From Myxococcota bacterium (GTDB lineage: Bacteria > Myxococcota_A > SURF-8), in NCBI GenBank assembly GCA_965140415.1, contig OZ223209.1:5632001-5696000 (forward strand): a stretch of DNA of 64,000 nucleotides, in the 5' to 3' direction. The notes below the pieces were generated by a model. That model made no database searches. It was not told where the DNA came from and worked only from the letters and a program-made list of their open reading frames with translations. A program made the translations under genes and the position numbers. Below are positions 60,309 through 64,000 of the stretch, one piece after another (the first letter of the stretch is position 1; each line of letters starts with the position of its first letter).

Positions 60309-63300
60309 TCAGCGCGGGCCTACCGTATACGCCGCACCGGTAAAGGAACTGTAGTCGACCAGACCCGAAGGATATTCGGAAATCTTGGGAGCGACATCCA
60401 GGCTGCCCCAGTAATTCGCCTGGGCATTCAACGACTCCGAGCCGGTCGTCATGGCAGTCAGGCCGATGTCGTTGGTGTAGTAGCCTCCGAAAATCGTGGT
60501 GCTTCCGGTGATGCTGTTGTTGTCGCTGCCCCAGCCGGTATCGTACACATACACGGCAATTGATTCCGGCGCGGTGGAACTGATATCCACCCAATAATTG
60601 GTGACATCCGTCGTGCGCGACCACAGAATCTGCGAGGAACTGCCATTTCCGGCAACACCACCCGTAATATAGTTTGTGGTGCACCAGGAATACTGCTCCG
60701 GGCAATCTTCGTCGTGGAAGCTCACTTTAACATACTGGATATTGCCACCATCGGGTGCGGTGTAGAGATCCGACATCCGGTACACGTTGCAACCACCGGT
60801 GCAGGCATCGCCCGTCCAGGTCAATGTTGCGCTGGTATCCGCACCACCCACTTCATAGGACTGCGTTACGGAGTTACTGAAGATGTTGTTCTGATTGATC
60901 GCAACCGAGGGCATTCCGCTGGAGTTCTTCCAGATGGAGAAGCCAGGCAGTTGGTTGAAGGAGATATTGGAATAGGTGAGCGAACCCGAAACGCTACCCG
61001 CCAGTTCCGCACCGAAACGGCCATTGTCACCCAGGTGACAGTAGCTCATGGTCAGGCTGGTAGACGCACCGAGAACTTTAAAGCCGCTCTCGTCGTTGTA
61101 GCGGAAAGTGGAATCGGTAGCGGTTACATTTGCGCTACTTCCGCTGATGGACAGACCATGAACCGCATTGTGGTTACTTGTTACGTAAGAGAGCTCTACG
61201 GTGCCTCCGCTGATTTCGATACCGTTGGTGCCGCAGTTTTCAACCGTTGAATAACTCAGGCTGGCACCGGAAGCGGTGCTGATAAATTGAACGCCCTTCG
61301 TTCCGGCTTCGGAAACCGTAAGATGCGACAGGCTGGCGGCTTCGCTCTGTACCACGAGATTGCGCAAACCGTGTGCGATTTCAACGTAATCCCAACTACT
61401 GCCTTGGCCATACAGGCGAATTTCCTCGAAGCTGTCCTCTTCGGGTGATTGCCCGTAACCATCGATGATCACCGGGTTTCCTTCCGTTCCCATAACATCC
61501 AATACACCACTTACCGTTACCGAAAAATCGCCGACACCGCTGCCATCCTGATCGTGCTTGACGAAATGCACCTGCGTGCCTGGGTCCATGGTGATCGTCG
61601 TTCCCGATGCAATGGTGATGTCACCGGTAATGTAGACATCGCCGCTTAGTGTATCGTCTTCGGAGATCGTCACACCGCCGACGTAAGGACCGTTATCCCA
61701 TTCTTCGTCGAAGGGCACGCCGACGAAGCCTTGCAGATTCACGGCACTATGAGAATTCATGCCAACGGCATCGAGCACGTTGGGGAACACACCCCAGTAG
61801 TTGAAACGCGCATCGACGGTGGTACTTAACGTATTGACGCTCATTTCGATGCCGCTCTGATCCGGAATGGTATAAACCACTTCGGAAGCGGTAATGCCGT
61901 TGTTGTCGCTGCCCCAGCCGGTGTCGTATACATACACGGCCACCGATTCAGGACTGCTACTGGATAGATCCACCCAAGTGTTGGTGATGTCAGACGTGCG
62001 CGACCACAGAATCTGCGAGGAACTGCCGTTTCCGGCAATGCCGCCGCTGATGTAATTGGTCGTACACCAATCGTAGGTTTCCGGGCAATCCTGATCCCAG
62101 AAGCTGACTTTCATCCGTTTGACCAGGCCACCACCCGGTGGTGACCACACAGAAGACATTTTATAGGTATTGCATCCACCCGTGCAGGCATCACCCGACC
62201 AGGTCAGGACCGACGAGGTATTTTCGCTGCCGACGGTCCAGCCGCCCGTGACTGAGTTACCGTAGATGTTGTTCCATTGGATGCGCGGCGAAGAGCTGGT
62301 GGTTTCCACCCGAATACCCTCCGCGCTGTTATTTGTAACCAAACAGTGCTCCATGGAGCCTCCCTGGCTGGTGGAGTACGACGCACCTGTCTGACCGTTG
62401 TTCTGGATCACGCAGTTGGTCAGGGCAGGCTGGGCGGCAGTGATGGAAAATCCGTGATGTGCGTTGTCGTAGACGTCACAATCGTCAATCGTACCTGCAC
62501 CGGAACTGCTGATGGTGGCTCCATGCGTGCCGTTGTTATACAGCGCCAGGCCGCTGATATCGTAAGCCGCCGCGCTGCTGGTGATATACAAGCCCAGCTC
62601 ATCGTCGTCGTGAATGGACACATCCTGGAACAGGTTGCCGTTGGCGTTGCTTGTGGACAGCTTGACGCCGTAGGTTCCGCAGTAGCGCACTTCCACGGCG
62701 GTCAACGGGGTTGCATCGCGAATATCCAGGCAGCCGTTTCCGTATTCGATAATGGCATGGCTTACGCTGCTGCTGCCACCGTTCAGCACGATGCTGCCCC
62801 AGGCCTTGCTGTGGCGATGATCGGAGCCGTAGGAACTGATCAATACGGGATTGCTTTCCGTGCCGTTGACGACGAAACTGCTGCCGGAATTGACGACGAT
62901 GGAATAATCTCCCACACCGTTGGCCGGTTGCGTATCCTGGTAGACAAAGAGCACCTGTGTGCCTTCCGCCACGATAACGGTGGCGTTATTACTGATGGTA
63001 ACGGTGCCGGTGATAATAACCGTGCCGTACCAGGTCGTGTCGGCATCGATCGTTCCACCGATGTACATCAGGTCGCTGAAGCTGACTTCGCGAGTCGTGA
63101 AATCCACCTGGTCCACGGCGTCACGCACTTCCATGCCGATGGTGTAGCTGCCGTATTCGGTGTAGCCGTCGTAGGTGGCGACTTTTTCCGTGCTCCAATC
63201 GGTATCGAAAACACCATCGTTTTCCCAGTCCCAGCGCACTTCTAAATCTTCCATGGCCGTTTCGCGGTCGTTGCTGCCGGAACCGTCCACCGCCAGCACC

Positions 63301-64000
63301 AGATCGCCCGCCACCGTGGCGGTAAAGACCGCTTCCGGCGGATCGTTGCGAATATTGATATAGGATTCGGCGGAGTCGTTATGGCGTCCGTTATTGCCGT
63401 GAGCCACCGCCACCAGCGTGTAGACGTGGTCCGTGGGTGCATCCACTGGAACCGTGAATGGGAATTCATAAGGTAGATCGGGGTCCGTGCCGAACAGTTC
63501 GTCGTCGAGCATCAAATCGACACTGGTGATGCTGCCGCCCTGCATGGTGGCGTTCACCAGAATCGTAACGCTTTCGCTCTGCGTCATTTCCCGCGTTTCA
63601 CCGGGCTGGGGACGAATAAAGGCCACCTCGATGGACGGGTCCGGCAGATCGGAAGGATCGTAGCAGGCGCCATCGTCACAGAGATAGTCACCCGAGCAGT
63701 ACTGATCCGGATTCCAGGCGCTGCCCGATTCGTTGCACTCGCGATAGCTGGTGGCCGTCAGGCATTGACCTTCGCCCGGTGTACAGACTTGATCGTAGCA
63801 GTCGCCGCCATTGCAATAACGATCCGTGCCGCAGGAGTAGCTCGTCCCGTAGGCGGAACCGTTGGAAGTGCAGGTGTGATAGTGGAAGTTGCCGTCGCAG
63901 GTGGTTTCGTTGGGCGTACAGATCTGTTCGTAGCACACACCCGTTTCGCAGTAATAGCCATCGCCGCAGCCGACCGGATCGCTCCAGCCCGAACCGTTTT
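60309..64000 (-). CDS. 3' part of a large surface protein: Cys-rich repeats, Ig-like, PKD, two right-handed beta-helix modules
   Basis: Frame open to the window edge; C.P....C.....C...G..W..C repeats; DPDLPYEF Ig; VRWDWENDG PKD; parallel beta-helix turns (N..HG..I), NYWG motifs. Confidence 0.88.
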   Translation of the reverse strand, partial: NGSGWSDPVGCGDGYYCETGVCYEQICTPNETTCDGNFHYHTCTSNGSAYGTSYSCGTDRYCNGGDCYDQVCTPGEGQCLTATSYRECNESGSAWNPDQYCSGDYLCDDGACYDPSDLPDPSIEVAFIRPQPGETREMTQSESVTILVNATMQGGSITSVDLMLDDELFGTDPDLPYEFPFTVPVDAPTDHVYTLVAVAHGNNGRHNDSAESYINIRNDPPEAVFTATVAGDLVLAVDGSGSNDRETAMEDLEVRWDWENDGVFDTDWSTEKVATYDGYTEYGSYTIGMEVRDAVDQVDFTTREVSFSDLMYIGGTIDADTTWYGTVIITGTVTISNNATVIVAEGTQVLFVYQDTQPANGVGDYSIVVNSGSSFVVNGTESNPVLISSYGSDHRHSKAWGSIVLNGGSSSVSHAIIEYGNGCLDIRDATPLTAVEVRYCGTYGVKLSTSNANGNLFQDVSIHDDDELGLYITSSAAAYDISGLALYNNGTHGATISSSGAGTIDDCDVYDNAHHGFSITAAQPALTNCVIQNNGQTGASYSTSQGGSMEHCLVTNNSAEGIRVETTSSSPRIQWNNIYGNSVTGGWTVGSENTSSVLTWSGDACTGGCNTYKMSSVWSPPGGGLVKRMKVSFWDQDCPETYDWCTTNYISGGIAGNGSSSQILWSRTSDITNTWVDLSSSSPESVAVYVYDTGWGSDNNGITASEVVYTIPDQSGIEMSVNTLSTTVDARFNYWGVFPNVLDAVGMNSHSAVNLQGFVGVPFDEEWDNGPYVGGVTISEDDTLSGDVYITGDITIASGTTITMDPGTQVHFVKHDQDGSGVGDFSVTVSGVLDVMGTEGNPVIIDGYGQSPEEDSFEEIRLYGQGSSWDYVEIAHGLRNLVVQSEAASLSHLTVSEAGTKGVQFISTASGASLSYSTVENCGTNGIEISGGTVELSYVTSNHNAVHGLSISGSSANVTATDSTFRYNDESGFKVLGASTSLTMSYCHLGDNGRFGAELAGSVSGSLTYSNISFNQLPGFSIWKNSSGMPSVAINQNNIFSNSVTQSYEVGGADTSATLTWTGDACTGGCNVYRMSDLYTAPDGGNIQYVKVSFHDEDCPEQYSWCTTNYITGGVAGNGSSSQILWSRTTDVTNYWVDISSTAPESIAVYVYDTGWGSDNNSITGSTTIFGGYYTNDIGLTAMTTGSESLNAQANYWGSLDVAPKISEYPSGLVDYSSFTGAAYTVGPR

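Noticed and set aside
60505-62220. Repeat pair as template/variable repeats of a diversity-generating retroelement
   Set aside because: Both copies are in frame in one gene, differences are not adenine-specific and many are synonymous, and no reverse transcriptase is present.

Overview
64-kb bacterial chromosomal segment of moderate GC (by eye, mid-50s %), with AT-richer patches at about 28.3-31.8 kb and 36.2-36.7 kb. Gene content suggests a Myxococcota-like or deltaproteobacterial organism (inference): a complete mevalonate cluster, a MYXO-CTERM-like tail, many lipoproteins and a short XRE gene. The window holds a six-gene mevalonate cluster (fni, mvk, mvaD, PMK, mvaA, mvaS); housekeeping genes (eno, rpoZ, glnA, ihfA, rpsT, nfo); a 1637-aa PAS/PocR hybrid kinase; a two-component pair; a wzm/wzt glycan-export operon with a low-GC cargo cassette; three radical SAM genes; and many exported or lipoprotein hydrolases. 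No rRNA, tRNA, CRISPR array, transposase or integrase was seen. Most notable: (1) a heme-c-motif sensor kinase paired with a response regulator whose output is a GcvH-like domain lacking the lipoyl lysine; (2) a ~90-bp structured repeat in three dispersed copies with a compensatory base change; (3) an Asp-Gly-Asp (DGD) tract in 8 unrelated exported proteins, next to the anchor Cys in 7 of them; (4) a long, structured leader behind a consensus extended -10 promoter upstream of HMG-CoA synthase; (5) a mosaic wzt whose composition changes at the H-loop, followed by a radical SAM/pyruvyltransferase/GT2 cassette; (6) an AT-rich islet with a small amphipathic-peptide gene next to GTAG-type REP elements. 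All calls come from reading motifs by eye; no searches or folding programs were run.
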